Below, piece after piece: positions 1 through 9,166 of a DNA stretch of 20,000 nucleotides (position 1 is the first letter of the stretch; the number at the start of each line of letters is the position of its first letter). The translations under genes and the position numbers were made by a program. Under the pieces are notes generated by a model, which worked only from the letters and a program-made list of their open reading frames with translations, made no database searches and was not told where the DNA came from. Location: IMG/VR virus record IMGVR_UViG_3300033146_000958. The stretch is one strand, 5' to 3'. The stretch comes from an uncultured virus (IMG/VR IMGVR_UViG_3300033146_000958). Lineage: Duplodnaviria > Heunggongvirae > Uroviricota > Caudoviricetes.

Positions 1-252
1 ACATACTCCATCATCAAAAATTGATACTGTCCCTTTGCCATATGTATCATCTATATTTCCTTCAAATGATATATAATCTTTATGATGATCAGGCACACGT
101 ATTGCAAGTAAACGTTCTCCTTTTTTAGGTAATCTCGCTTTCGGAATTGCCCATGATTTTAAAACATCATCTTTTAATATTCTTAAATCAAAATGATGCC
201 CAGCGCGTTTAGCATGATGATCATGTATTACATATTTAGTAGTTTCAGACAT
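1..252 (-). CDS. LigD-type 3'-phosphoesterase (PE) domain protein, partial (runs off the window's left edge; not in the ORF track)
   Basis: Manual translation from ATG at 252 (GGGAG RBS upstream): MSETTKYVIHDHHAKRAGHHFDLRILKDDVLKSWAIPKARLPKKGERLLAIRVPDHHKDYISFEGNIDDTYGKGTVSIFDDGVC. Matches the LigD PE pattern H..(R)..H(Y/F)D(F/L)R...VLKSWA.PK...RLA..V.DH...Y..FEG....YG.GTV..(W/F)D.G. Confidence 0.88.
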   Translation of the reverse strand, partial: MSETTKYVIHDHHAKRAGHHFDLRILKDDVLKSWAIPKARLPKKGERLLAIRVPDHHKDYISFEGNIDDTYGKGTVSIFDDGVC

Positions 253-426
253 GAATAACTCCCTATCCGTTTTTACTGAAAAAATATTATAAGAAAAATT
301 CACCTTTTATATTTGTTCTATAATTAAATAAAATAATCATTAAACTAAAAATAAAAAACAATCTTTCACAATATTCAAAGTAAGATTTTAACTAAAAATT
401 TCGGAGTATGGATAGAATTTATTTTA

Positions 427-1155
427 TTAAATCTGTAAACTTTTCGCGTATGCTATACATATTGAATCTGCAATATCTTCATTAATATTAGTTAATTCTG
501 TAATTTGTTTACCTACTTTTATAAATTCTTTTTTACTAGATTTTTCTATATTTTTTAAAAATTTCTTCTTCGAGATAATCTTCTTTTCGAGTTGTTGTCT
601 CATATCTACACAACTACTATCTTCATCAATGTGTTTTTTTCTTGATTTTTTCTTTAGTTGATTATGTTTATTTTTTAAGATTTTAATATCATCTTTAATA
701 TCATTTTGTATTAATAATTCCTTTTCGATGATATCATTAATTATATATAGATTTTGTTTATCTATAAATGAGAAATGAGTAATAACTCCTAATTGAATTT
801 GCCATTTAGTAGCATTTCCTTTTAAACCCGGAATACTATTTTTTTTCCATTGACTTGGAGTGAATAGTGTAATATTATCACCAACTTCTTCATAACATTC
901 TTTAATAATACACCCTGAAATTCTAGCCAATAAAGTTAATGTCTTAACTCCTGAAATAGCCATAATAATATCTTCTACAGCTATTAAATCTGGTTTAGTT
1001 TCTTTAATTATTTTTTTAATAGATTTTGATACAGTAAGTAATCTTTCTCCAATAGAAACTTTTTCTAATTTTATAATTCCATATTTGATAACTTTACCAT
1101 CTTCTAATAATGACCATCCAGTCGATGTTGACGGATCAATTCCTAGTATTTTCAT
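427..1155 (-). CDS. RuvC-like Holliday junction resolvase with a long internal Lys-rich insertion
   Basis: MKILGIDPS..TGW (catalytic D), IAVED (E), P..WKK...G.G.ATK.Q, C-terminal EDIADSICIA (DxxD). Likely start is MKILG at 1155; the ORF track starts at 1167. Confidence 0.85.
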   Translation of the reverse strand: MKILGIDPSTSTGWSLLEDGKVIKYGIIKLEKVSIGERLLTVSKSIKKIIKETKPDLIAVEDIIMAISGVKTLTLLARISGCIIKECYEEVGDNITLFTPSQWKKNSIPGLKGNATKWQIQLGVITHFSFIDKQNLYIINDIIEKELLIQNDIKDDIKILKNKHNQLKKKSRKKHIDEDSSCVDMRQQLEKKIISKKKFLKNIEKSSKKEFIKVGKQITELTNINEDIADSICIAYAKSLQI

Positions 1156-1180
1156 AATAGGTCCCATAATTATAGTACTG

Positions 1181-2053
1181 TTATACTAAATTCATCTGAT
1201 GGGATTTTTTTATGTCATTCCATTTTTTAATTTTCTTTTTAAGTCGATTCTCACATTTTTCTATATTTGATGTGTTTCTACAATTATAATATCCTTTATT
1301 CAACATACTAATAACTTTATCAGATGCTTCAATTTTCTTTCTTAAACCACAACGCTTTTTTTCATTAATATCTTCAATAGATTCACATTTATTTAATTCT
1401 TTCTTTAAACTAATTCTATATAATAAAATTGATACAAATTCTACAGCAGTGAGTTTTTCAATTCCTGTAGTTATCCAACTTAAAGGAGATTTTCCTTGTG
1501 TTATACGATTCATTTGTTGTGTCAACTGTTTTGTCTCATCTATATCTTCAATAGTCATAATTTTATGAATAGAATTTTTAATAGATTCAAGTTTTGTTGA
1601 TACGTATATATAATCTTTCCTTCTGGAATTTATAACATCTTGTGATTTTTTTATTAATGAAGCTTGTAAATCTATTATTCTATCTAATTTTTGTTGATCA
1701 TTATTACTACCAACTAAATAATCTGCAAGTTCAATTAATTGTTCTTTAAAATCATCTTCAAATTCATTAGCTATTTTTTCAATATATTGACCATATTGAT
1801 ACCAATTAATATTTCGTTTGAATTCTTCTTCATTTTCTATAAGAATATTTTCTATTAATGTTTCAAAAACTTCACTTTTATAATATCTGTAACCATGTTC
1901 ATTTAATACTATATTAAGAAGTTGTTCATACGTCATCTTATTTTCAATAAAATAAATTATTTTTTGTTTTTTTAGAAATGGTCTTTTATTAATTTCTTTT
2001 ATTAATGTAGACTTTAATGATTTATATATATCTTCTTTCAATATCTTTTTCAC
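1181..2053 (-). CDS. Hypothetical protein, helical and Lys-rich, with paired Cys near the C-terminus; possibly a virion protein
   Basis: 290-aa ORF with GTG start, tightly packed in the minus-strand operon; no recognisable catalytic motif. Confidence 0.6.
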   Translation of the reverse strand: MKKILKEDIYKSLKSTLIKEINKRPFLKKQKIIYFIENKMTYEQLLNIVLNEHGYRYYKSEVFETLIENILIENEEEFKRNINWYQYGQYIEKIANEFEDDFKEQLIELADYLVGSNNDQQKLDRIIDLQASLIKKSQDVINSRRKDYIYVSTKLESIKNSIHKIMTIEDIDETKQLTQQMNRITQGKSPLSWITTGIEKLTAVEFVSILLYRISLKKELNKCESIEDINEKKRCGLRKKIEASDKVISMLNKGYYNCRNTSNIEKCENRLKKKIKKWNDIKKSHQMNLV

Positions 2054-2058
2054 TTTAC

Positions 2059-2733
2059 TTACTCACCATCTAAAATTTTAAGTGCAAAAGGAGGTATTAC
2101 ACCAGTTTTAGTTTGTACTGCCGCACAAGGAACTTTTTTAAATAATAAATCAGAATTACTTCCTGCGAAATATCCATACCAATCTTTATTACGATCACAT
2201 AATTTTTCGACGTGCTGATCATGTAATCGAATTAAACCTTTTTTATGAGGAAAATTCATACCATATATATGATGTGTTGAATTATCACCTTGTAGTTTTT
2301 TTAATATAATTCTTATAGGAGTATGGTGTTGTAAAAAATTATGTAAATGTGGAATCCCTTCAGGAATTCTAGAAAAAAATGCAAACACACATTTAGTATT
2401 AGCAGGGTGTATCATATTTTGATATTCAGGAATATTATCTGGATTTATTTTATCCGCCGAAATATTTAATTGATGTTGAATATTTTTTGTATGTTTTGAA
2501 TGGATCATTTTCATTATATCAGGAACTATAGTTTTTAATTTTGATAAATTCATTAATCCATGTTTTTTTATACTTTCTATTTGATCATTCGGTGCATAAT
2601 GATAAAGTACTGGTTTTGTAATTATCATTCCATCTTCCGATGTTTTCCCTTCATCTGGAACTGTTTTGGATGTTATTGAATCTTCTTCTAATTTTGATTC
2701 TTTTAATAATTCATAATATTTTTTAGTAATCAT
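2059..2733 (-). CDS. Putative ADP-ribosyltransferase-fold protein (Tpt1/KptA/DarT-like)
   Basis: LYHYAPNDQIESIKKHGLM resembles the LYH.T......SI...GL motif of the ART fold; central beta-strand CVFAFF; C-terminal GVIPPFAL resembles the terminal (V/I)PP..(L/I) strand. Confidence 0.5.
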   Translation of the reverse strand: MITKKYYELLKESKLEEDSITSKTVPDEGKTSEDGMIITKPVLYHYAPNDQIESIKKHGLMNLSKLKTIVPDIMKMIHSKHTKNIQHQLNISADKINPDNIPEYQNMIHPANTKCVFAFFSRIPEGIPHLHNFLQHHTPIRIILKKLQGDNSTHHIYGMNFPHKKGLIRLHDQHVEKLCDRNKDWYGYFAGSNSDLLFKKVPCAAVQTKTGVIPPFALKILDGE

Positions 2734-2736
2734 TTT

Positions 2737-3450
2737 TTATCCTTTATCAAAAATCACAAATGGCGCACTAGCAGTTTCAAACCGTTCTAATAAATTAGAC
2801 ATTTTAGTTTCACCTCTTGAATATAAATCATCTCCATTAAGTGGAATTTCTCCAAATGGAGTATTAACTCCTGTATAATTCTTTCTTACACTACCCAACC
2901 ACATCATAAATTCTGCAATACAAAAATCTTTAAAATATTCAATTAAATCAGTTTGTAATGTAGATAAATCTGTTGCATGAACCCGACTATATTCGACTGT
3001 AAATCGTCCTGAAAACAATGGTAATATTCTCATCATATTAGGACTTAGACATTTAATAGTATAATTATATATACTAAATTGTCTTAAATTATTTGATTTG
3101 AATGCACCAAGCGCCATTTCTTCTGCAATAGTATCATAATTAAATGCACCTAATAATGGATGACCAGTCATCATCAAATCACCAGCAGTAGGAATGAATT
3201 CATCTATTGAAAATATTTCTCTTCCTTCTGGATCATTAACATAAACCATATCTCTTCTGTTAGGTACTCTAATATTCGGATCTGTAGTTGATAAAGACAT
3301 CTGCCATTTTTCAGGAAAAAATGTAGAGAATTTTCTCAAACAATTATTTTGTAGATGTTTCTGGATTTGTGTATCATCAAATTCAATAAAATGATGGGGA
3401 AATCCAACAATTTCTTTTGCATCTCTAACTATTTCTGACCAAGAAATCAT
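2737..3450 (-). CDS. Neck/head-completion protein, T4 gp13-like
   Basis: N-terminal IEFDDTQI..L..CL.KF; C-terminal YFKDFCIA..M.WLG..RK.YTGVNTPFGEIPLNGDDLYSRGE.....L.E resembles the gp13 motif KDY..A..K..WG....K..G..LPGG...NG..IY.EA. Confidence 0.75.
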   Translation of the reverse strand: MISWSEIVRDAKEIVGFPHHFIEFDDTQIQKHLQNNCLRKFSTFFPEKWQMSLSTTDPNIRVPNRRDMVYVNDPEGREIFSIDEFIPTAGDLMMTGHPLLGAFNYDTIAEEMALGAFKSNNLRQFSIYNYTIKCLSPNMMRILPLFSGRFTVEYSRVHATDLSTLQTDLIEYFKDFCIAEFMMWLGSVRKNYTGVNTPFGEIPLNGDDLYSRGETKMSNLLERFETASAPFVIFDKG

Positions 3451-3479
3451 TTTTAATTCTCCTGAAAATAAAAACTTTT

Positions 3480-4616
3480 TTATGTTTTAAAAATTCTATA
3501 TATAATTTGTTCTGATATAGGAAGTGAAATTCCTGTTTTGTCAAATGAATCTAATAATACTTGACCATTAGTAATTCGTTTATTTACTTGCAAAACGTTA
3601 TCCCTAATAGTTTTTTCTATTTTTCTTAATGACGTATTAGGATAGTTATGTAAAAAATCAATCAACATATCATATGAAGCAAGTCGAATGTTTCTTTCAA
3701 TCACATCTTTTTGGTCGATGAGTTTCTGGATAACTTTATTATTTGTTCGGTATTCACTATCAAACAAAGGTTCTTTCTTTATTAATCTTTCATAAATTCC
3801 ATTAAATGGATAAAAATATTCTTTTAAATCAGGCATATTTTTAACAATAGTTTTTTCTGCGATTCCTTTGATACCAGCAAAACCATCTGCAGTATCACCC
3901 ATGATAGCCAATACTAATGGGATGAATTCAGCACCAACTCCTAATGGTTTATCTGTTTTTAATAAATATTCAAGTGCATTTGTTTGATCTAACATCTTTA
4001 CAGTTTTCCAACGTTTAATAAATTGAAATCTATTTGGTTTAGTTAATCCTTGATACATATCTTTATCATTAGAATATATAATATGACACCAATCATCGGT
4101 ATCTGGAATAATATGTTCCATAATATAATGTGGAATAAAATCAGCTTCTAAATAATCAATTCGAATAACTGAACAATTAGGAATTTTATTACCGACTTTA
4201 TATATTAAATCCCAATTCCTATTTAATATTTTATGATATAAATTGGCATCGGATTCATTTAATCCAAACATATCAGTAATCGGTCGTCTATCTTTATATG
4301 TAGAATGTAAATTTCTATGATAATCTGATTTTCCACGTTCAGAAAAGAAACATATTTGTAATTCTACACCTCTTTTTTCCGCGTATGATTTATGAAAATT
4401 TATAAATTCAAAAAATGCTGCAAATAATGAAACATCAATATATCTTGACATCTTAGAATTTTCTAACATTTCTTTGACTGCCCATTCACTATAAATAGAA
4501 CTATATGCATTTTTTTGATCCACATAAATATATAATTTATTTGATCCACATTTACTTAAACAATCATCTAAATATGTATATTTTGGATAATATGGTAAAT
4601 ATTGCGCAGTAGACAT
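3480..4616 (-). CDS. 5'-3' exonuclease / flap endonuclease (T4 RNase H or PolI 5'-nuclease family)
   Basis: IYVD, YKD.R, YLEADFI, IIYSNDKDMYQ and the H3TH motif AIMGDTADGFAGIKGIAEKT. Confidence 0.9.
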   Translation of the reverse strand: MSTAQYLPYYPKYTYLDDCLSKCGSNKLYIYVDQKNAYSSIYSEWAVKEMLENSKMSRYIDVSLFAAFFEFINFHKSYAEKRGVELQICFFSERGKSDYHRNLHSTYKDRRPITDMFGLNESDANLYHKILNRNWDLIYKVGNKIPNCSVIRIDYLEADFIPHYIMEHIIPDTDDWCHIIYSNDKDMYQGLTKPNRFQFIKRWKTVKMLDQTNALEYLLKTDKPLGVGAEFIPLVLAIMGDTADGFAGIKGIAEKTIVKNMPDLKEYFYPFNGIYERLIKKEPLFDSEYRTNNKVIQKLIDQKDVIERNIRLASYDMLIDFLHNYPNTSLRKIEKTIRDNVLQVNKRITNGQVLLDSFDKTGISLPISEQIIYRIFKT

Positions 4617-4973
4617 TCAATCTCCTTTTAAAGATTTAATCATATGGTCAGGTATATTAAAAAAAATTTTTATTATTTCATATTCTAAATCTTCATCATC
4701 AACTCTTAAATTTTTAATTAATTTCAACATTCGTTTATAATAATTATAAAATTTCTTATCATCCCTATATTTTAAAATATTACCATCATCTGAATATTTT
4801 TCAATGATGATTTTTAAAATAGTAAATAATTCACATATAATCATATCTTTATTATCAATACAAGGAAGATCTTTTATTAATTCCCATTTACATCCATTAT
4901 AAACTTCTACACCACATCCATTTGAACAAAATCTAATTTGACCAGAACGATGTGATGTAGAAGTTTTATTCAT
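4617..4973 (-). CDS. Hypothetical protein
   Basis: 118-aa ORF translationally coupled to both neighbours (1-bp overlap at 4973, abuts 4616); its 3' end contains the AGGAGA RBS of the next gene. Confidence 0.6.
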   Translation of the reverse strand: MNKTSTSHRSGQIRFCSNGCGVEVYNGCKWELIKDLPCIDNKDMIICELFTILKIIIEKYSDDGNILKYRDDKKFYNYYKRMLKLIKNLRVDDEDLEYEIIKIFFNIPDHMIKSLKGD

Positions 4974-5743
4974 TACTTTTTACTTTTAATAATATTAGAT
5001 CCTGCATACATAATAATAGGTATACCAAAATATTTCATCTCGAATTTACATATCATTACATTTTTCTTCACTTGATATGCATTAATTTTTATATCCGAAT
5101 TAATATCAAGTTTAAATGGAAGAGATGTAATCTTTGAAGATACAGAAGGCATTTCTGTATTTAATTCAATATCTTTAACTAAATTGGATGTATTTTCTTT
5201 ATTAATAGTTTCTGTTACAAGACTTCCCTCAAACTTATCCATATTCCAAATAATAAATTCACTATCAAATCCTTCAGTGATAGCCTTAATACGTTTACAC
5301 ATATAAGAATTTATTTCAGTTGAAAAGATAAGATCTTCTTCTTTTAATGTGAACATTTTTGAAAAATCACTATCCAGAATATATTGATTATCCAAAAACT
5401 TTTTAATTGGGATTCTAAATGATAATGTTGAAAAATCATCAATAAAACGATAATCATTTTTATCAAATTCAACTATGATATTATTCTCACCATCACTCTC
5501 AGGCGCGCTATCATCTAACTCAAATGATTTTAATAATAACATTTTTGTTTTCAATAAACCTAATGTTAATGATGATTCACCAAGAACTGAAGTTAAATCA
5601 ATTTCAATAGTACAATATCTATCATTTGTTTTTTGTCTTACCAATCCATCAACTATATCACAATCAGTACAAACATCTTGAAATAGTTTAAGTGTATTAA
5701 GAAATTTTGAAAAGTCTTGTCGTTTGATTGTAATTGTATCCAT
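4973..5743 (-). CDS. Probable DNA sliding clamp (gp45/PCNA-like)
   Basis: 256 aa, acidic, alternating beta/alpha pattern; N-terminus F...L..L...CTDC.I.DG..RQ.T.DR...IEIDL resembles PCNA; context of clamp loader, primase, flap nuclease and PolB; AGGAGA RBS. Confidence 0.6.
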   Translation of the reverse strand: MDTITIKRQDFSKFLNTLKLFQDVCTDCDIVDGLVRQKTNDRYCTIEIDLTSVLGESSLTLGLLKTKMLLLKSFELDDSAPESDGENNIIVEFDKNDYRFIDDFSTLSFRIPIKKFLDNQYILDSDFSKMFTLKEEDLIFSTEINSYMCKRIKAITEGFDSEFIIWNMDKFEGSLVTETINKENTSNLVKDIELNTEMPSVSSKITSLPFKLDINSDIKINAYQVKKNVMICKFEMKYFGIPIIMYAGSNIIKSKK

Positions 5744-5775
5744 ACTTTTTTATCTCCTGTGTGTTTAATTAATAG

Positions 5776-6135
5776 TTATTCGACTTCTTTCAGTTTTTTT
5801 ATTATATCCAAATAAATAAAATTATCATTTTTATCAAGTCTGCAATAATCTAAATGTACTAAAATCTCTTCTAATTCTTTTACTAATGTCATTATACGTT
5901 CTATATTTTGTACTTTCCCACTTTCCTCTTTTACTGTAAATATAATTCTAATACTTTCAAGACCATCTAATGTAGTTTTGATTGGTGCAATAAACATATC
6001 CTTATATGAAAACAATTTATTATTTTTTTCACATTCTTCAATAACCTCACGAACTGGAATAGCTTCATCTAATGTGATACCATTGGTTAAAGTATCTTTA
6101 AAAACTTTTTGTATTTTTTGTGATTGTCGAGACAT
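5776..6135 (-). CDS. Hypothetical protein
   Basis: 119-aa ORF with a GGAGGAGA RBS lying inside the 3' end of the primase gene. Confidence 0.65.
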   Translation of the reverse strand: MSRQSQKIQKVFKDTLTNGITLDEAIPVREVIEECEKNNKLFSYKDMFIAPIKTTLDGLESIRIIFTVKEESGKVQNIERIMTLVKELEEILVHLDYCRLDKNDNFIYLDIIKKLKEVE

Positions 6136-7129
6136 CTTTTAAATCTCCTCCATTTAGTGGAAGTAAAGGAAATGTTCCAAAATCATTTCCACTTCTATTA
6201 TAATATATATTTAAATTCTTTAAAATGTGTTTACTTTTAGGATAAAATTTTCTTGAATAATCATGTAATGTTTTATCTTTATCAGAGAGTATTATTACTT
6301 CTGGTTGAAATAATTGATGGTCAAAACATACAGATTTTAAAACTGATGTATATAAAAAACTATTACATGCTATATATAATTTAATATCATTTTTAATTTT
6401 TAAACTATCTTCTGAATATTCCCCTAATATATTAAATACTCCTTCAGACATTATTATTTTATTTGATTTCGGATTACCCCCTCTAATACAATAATAATCA
6501 CTCATTTCTAATACATCATCTTGAAGTATTATTTTTTTAAATTTAATACCATTATCATTACTATCGATATTTCTACATATTATATATCTATGATTGTAAC
6601 ATAAAAAACAAACAAATTTAGATTGAAAATAATCAGGATATATATCTTCAGGCATTTTAAGATTATTAATTCTGAAAAATTCAAATATATCAAATATTAA
6701 ATTTGGTATATTTTCAGGATTCAACTTATAATTACTTCTTTTTTTAATATATTCTCGTTTTGGTAGAAATTGATCATATCCAATTTCTGGTAATTTGTAT
6801 CTAATAACTCTTTTTCCTGTAGTAGTTTTAACTATTATTCCTTGCCGCTTTTTTTCTTCATTATCTAATGATTCTTTACTAAAATATTTATGAGGATCTA
6901 TTTGTTTTCCAGTAAGTTTTTTAATAAATGTAGTAGTTGGTGCTGCATAATCACAAAGAAAACAATGACATATATTTTTATCAGTTGATATATATAAATG
7001 ATGTGCCTTTCTTTCATCTTTATGATCACCACAAATAGGACATTTACATAGAAAAGTTTTACCTTGACTCGATTCTCGAACAAAAATCCCTTTTTCTATA
7101 AGTAGATCTTTCAATAATTGTGTTTTCAT
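6098..7129 (-). CDS. DNA primase (T4 gp61/DnaG-like: Zn finger plus TOPRIM)
   Basis: CKCPICGD...HLYI....CHCFLCD zinc-binding domain; YIKKR; TOPRIM motifs IIMSEGVFN and IILSDKD. Confidence 0.85.
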   Translation of the reverse strand: MKTQLLKDLLIEKGIFVRESSQGKTFLCKCPICGDHKDERKAHHLYISTDKNICHCFLCDYAAPTTTFIKKLTGKQIDPHKYFSKESLDNEEKKRQGIIVKTTTGKRVIRYKLPEIGYDQFLPKREYIKKRSNYKLNPENIPNLIFDIFEFFRINNLKMPEDIYPDYFQSKFVCFLCYNHRYIICRNIDSNDNGIKFKKIILQDDVLEMSDYYCIRGGNPKSNKIIMSEGVFNILGEYSEDSLKIKNDIKLYIACNSFLYTSVLKSVCFDHQLFQPEVIILSDKDKTLHDYSRKFYPKSKHILKNLNIYYNRSGNDFGTFPLLPLNGGDLKDVSTITKNTKSF

Positions 7130-7467
7130 TCTGAATCCATTAACGCAGATAACATTAAAGAATATACTCCATCATCACCCATTGTCTCTGCACATTTTTC
7201 ACCAACTTTATCAGTCTCTGATGTGAATCTCAGAGTTATAAATCGGATAAGTTTATCCAATTTCCTTACTATTATCTGATATGCTATATGATCTTCTGGA
7301 GTTTTTAAATTTAATTCTTTTCCTTCTAATATCAAATGTATCAATTCTCCTGATTTTATATATGAACATCCATAATTAGAATTTTTATCAATAAACAAAT
7401 CTTTTTTATCTTCAAATAATTTTTTTACTTTTTCTATTTGTTGTGAATAATCAATCTTTTCAATCAC
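7126..7467 (-). CDS. DUF1599 / nucleotide-modification-associated domain 1 (MazG-like helical) protein
   Basis: LF..KNSNYG.SY...R.LDKLIR......E...ETMGD.GVY matches KN.DYG...R..DK..R...DT..DL.NY; GTG start with AGGAGG RBS. Confidence 0.7.
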   Translation of the reverse strand: MIEKIDYSQQIEKVKKLFEDKKDLFIDKNSNYGCSYIKSGELIHLILEGKELNLKTPEDHIAYQIIVRKLDKLIRFITLRFTSETDKVGEKCAETMGDDGVYSLMLSALMDSE

Positions 7468-7510
7468 GTTTTATATACCTCCTTTTAATTTTATTCATAT
7501 ACTACATTTT

Positions 7511-7534
7511 ATGGATCTTTTATACTATATATAT
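7511..7534 (+). promoter_or_regulatory. Conserved 24-bp upstream element, copy 1 (before cca)
   Basis: ATGGATCTTTTATACTATATATAT; 22/24 identical to the reverse complement of 16267-16290. Confidence 0.6.
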
Positions 7535-7590
7535 AAATATTAAAGTACCATTTATTATTATATTAATTTTATTTGAGAGAGATATTAAAA

Positions 7591-8970
7591 ATGACTAACG
7601 ATATAAGAAAGAAAATTAATCCTACTATAATGGTAGTGATTAATGCATTATTGGAGAATAATTATCAAGTATATCTTATAGGTGGGGCAGTTAGAGATTA
7701 TCTTTTGGGTAATAATCCGAAAGATTTAGATTTTGAAGTTTTTAATTGTTCATATGAAAAACTTGGAAATATACTTAAATTGTTTGGAAAAGTAGAATGG
7801 GTAGGAAAATCTTTCGGAGCATTTAAATTATGGATTGATCATATTGATTATGATTTTAATCTTCCTAGAATCGAAAGAAAAGTATCCATAGGATATAAAG
7901 GATTCGAAGTTGATTGTAATTCTGAATTATCATTGAAAGAAGCGGCGATGCGTAGAGATTTCACATTTAACGCATTGATGTGTTGTATGAGTACTGGGTA
8001 TATTCATGATTTCTTTAATGGGATCTCTGATATGAATAAGGGAATAATTCGCTGTGTTAATAAAAATGCATTCAGTGAAGATCCTTTAAGAGTAATTAGG
8101 GCTGCGAGATTTTCTGCCAAATATGATTGGTTAGTTGATTATAAAACTGCTAAACTTTGTCAAGAAATAACCCATGAAATCCACACAATTTCTAAAGAAA
8201 GACTATGGGCGGAAATAGTATATTTAATTAAATATGCGAAAACTCCCTCTAGATTCTTTTTATTTTTAAATTTAGTAGAATGTATTAATATGTTTCCTGA
8301 ATTATCTCTTCTTATTAGATTAGAACAAAATCCAAAGTGGCACCCTGAAGGGGATGTATGGAATCACACTATGATGGTTATTGATAAGGCTAAGGAAATC
8401 GCAGATGAAGATAACCTTCAAGGTGAGGATAGAATAGTTCTCCTCCTCGCTGCATTATGTCATGATCTTGGAAAGGCATTATGTACCACTACTAACGAGG
8501 AAGGAAGAATAATTTCATATGGTCATGATAAACTAGGAGAGAAACCAACTAGAAGTTTTCTAAAATTGATTGACTGTCCGAATAAAATAATAGAAAGAGT
8601 TGTTTCATTAGTAAAGGAACATATGATTTCAATATGTAATGGAATGATTTCAGAAAAAAGAATCAATAGATTAGCCAAAAGATTATTTCCTGAAAAAATT
8701 AGTATGTTAAATAGAATAGTTAAGGCAGATACTAATCCTGCTGTACATGGAAATGGTAAACTTGTGATGATGAATAAATTAATTGAAAGAGCATCATCAA
8801 TGAATTTATTAAATGATAAACCAACACCAATTGTTCAAGGAAGACATCTTATAAAATTAGGAATCAAACCTGGTCCTGAAATGGGAAAAATATTGAATGA
8901 TTGTGAAGAAGCTCAACTTGAAGGTAAATTCAAAACATTAGAAGAAGCCATTAAATGGTTGAATGAATAA
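7591..8970 (+). CDS. cca: CCA-adding tRNA nucleotidyltransferase (class II) with HD phosphohydrolase domain
   Basis: YLIGGAVRD...KDLDFEV, RRDFTFNA, EDPLRVIRAARF, ER.W.E, HD region HPEGDVWNHT...ALCHDLGK...YGHD..G, C-terminal GRHLI.LGI.PGP.MG.IL. ATG at 7591; the ORF track uses TTG at 7573. Confidence 0.92.
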   Translation: MTNDIRKKINPTIMVVINALLENNYQVYLIGGAVRDYLLGNNPKDLDFEVFNCSYEKLGNILKLFGKVEWVGKSFGAFKLWIDHIDYDFNLPRIERKVSIGYKGFEVDCNSELSLKEAAMRRDFTFNALMCCMSTGYIHDFFNGISDMNKGIIRCVNKNAFSEDPLRVIRAARFSAKYDWLVDYKTAKLCQEITHEIHTISKERLWAEIVYLIKYAKTPSRFFLFLNLVECINMFPELSLLIRLEQNPKWHPEGDVWNHTMMVIDKAKEIADEDNLQGEDRIVLLLAALCHDLGKALCTTTNEEGRIISYGHDKLGEKPTRSFLKLIDCPNKIIERVVSLVKEHMISICNGMISEKRINRLAKRLFPEKISMLNRIVKADTNPAVHGNGKLVMMNKLIERASSMNLLNDKPTPIVQGRHLIKLGIKPGPEMGKILNDCEEAQLEGKFKTLEEAIKWLNE

Positions 8971-8972
8971 AT

Positions 8973-9026
8973 GATAAGTTGCCCTTAATGAAATTATTTT
9001 GTTAAGGGCAACTTATCTATTTTTTA
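8973..9026 (+). terminator. Intrinsic terminator after cca
   Basis: Perfect 16-bp stem GATAAGTTGCCCTTAA (8973-8988) / TTAAGGGCAACTTATC (9002-9017) followed by a T-tract. Confidence 0.85.
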
Positions 9027-9037
9027 AAGAGGGACTT

Positions 9038-9166
9038 ATGGAAGATTTTATTTTTTATTTATTTGTCATACTATCCGTATCTTATATCGGATGGAATATA
9101 ATTAAAATTGCATTAGAAGAAAAGGAGAACAAAGATGAAAAAGAAGAGAAGAAGAAAGATTCCTAA
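9038..9166 (+). CDS. Small single-pass membrane protein (42 aa; not in the ORF track)
   Basis: AGAGGGA RBS then MEDFIFYLFVILSVSYIGWNIIKIALEEKENKDEKEEKKKDS*: hydrophobic N-terminal helix and charged tail. Confidence 0.55.
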   Translation: MEDFIFYLFVILSVSYIGWNIIKIALEEKENKDEKEEKKKDS

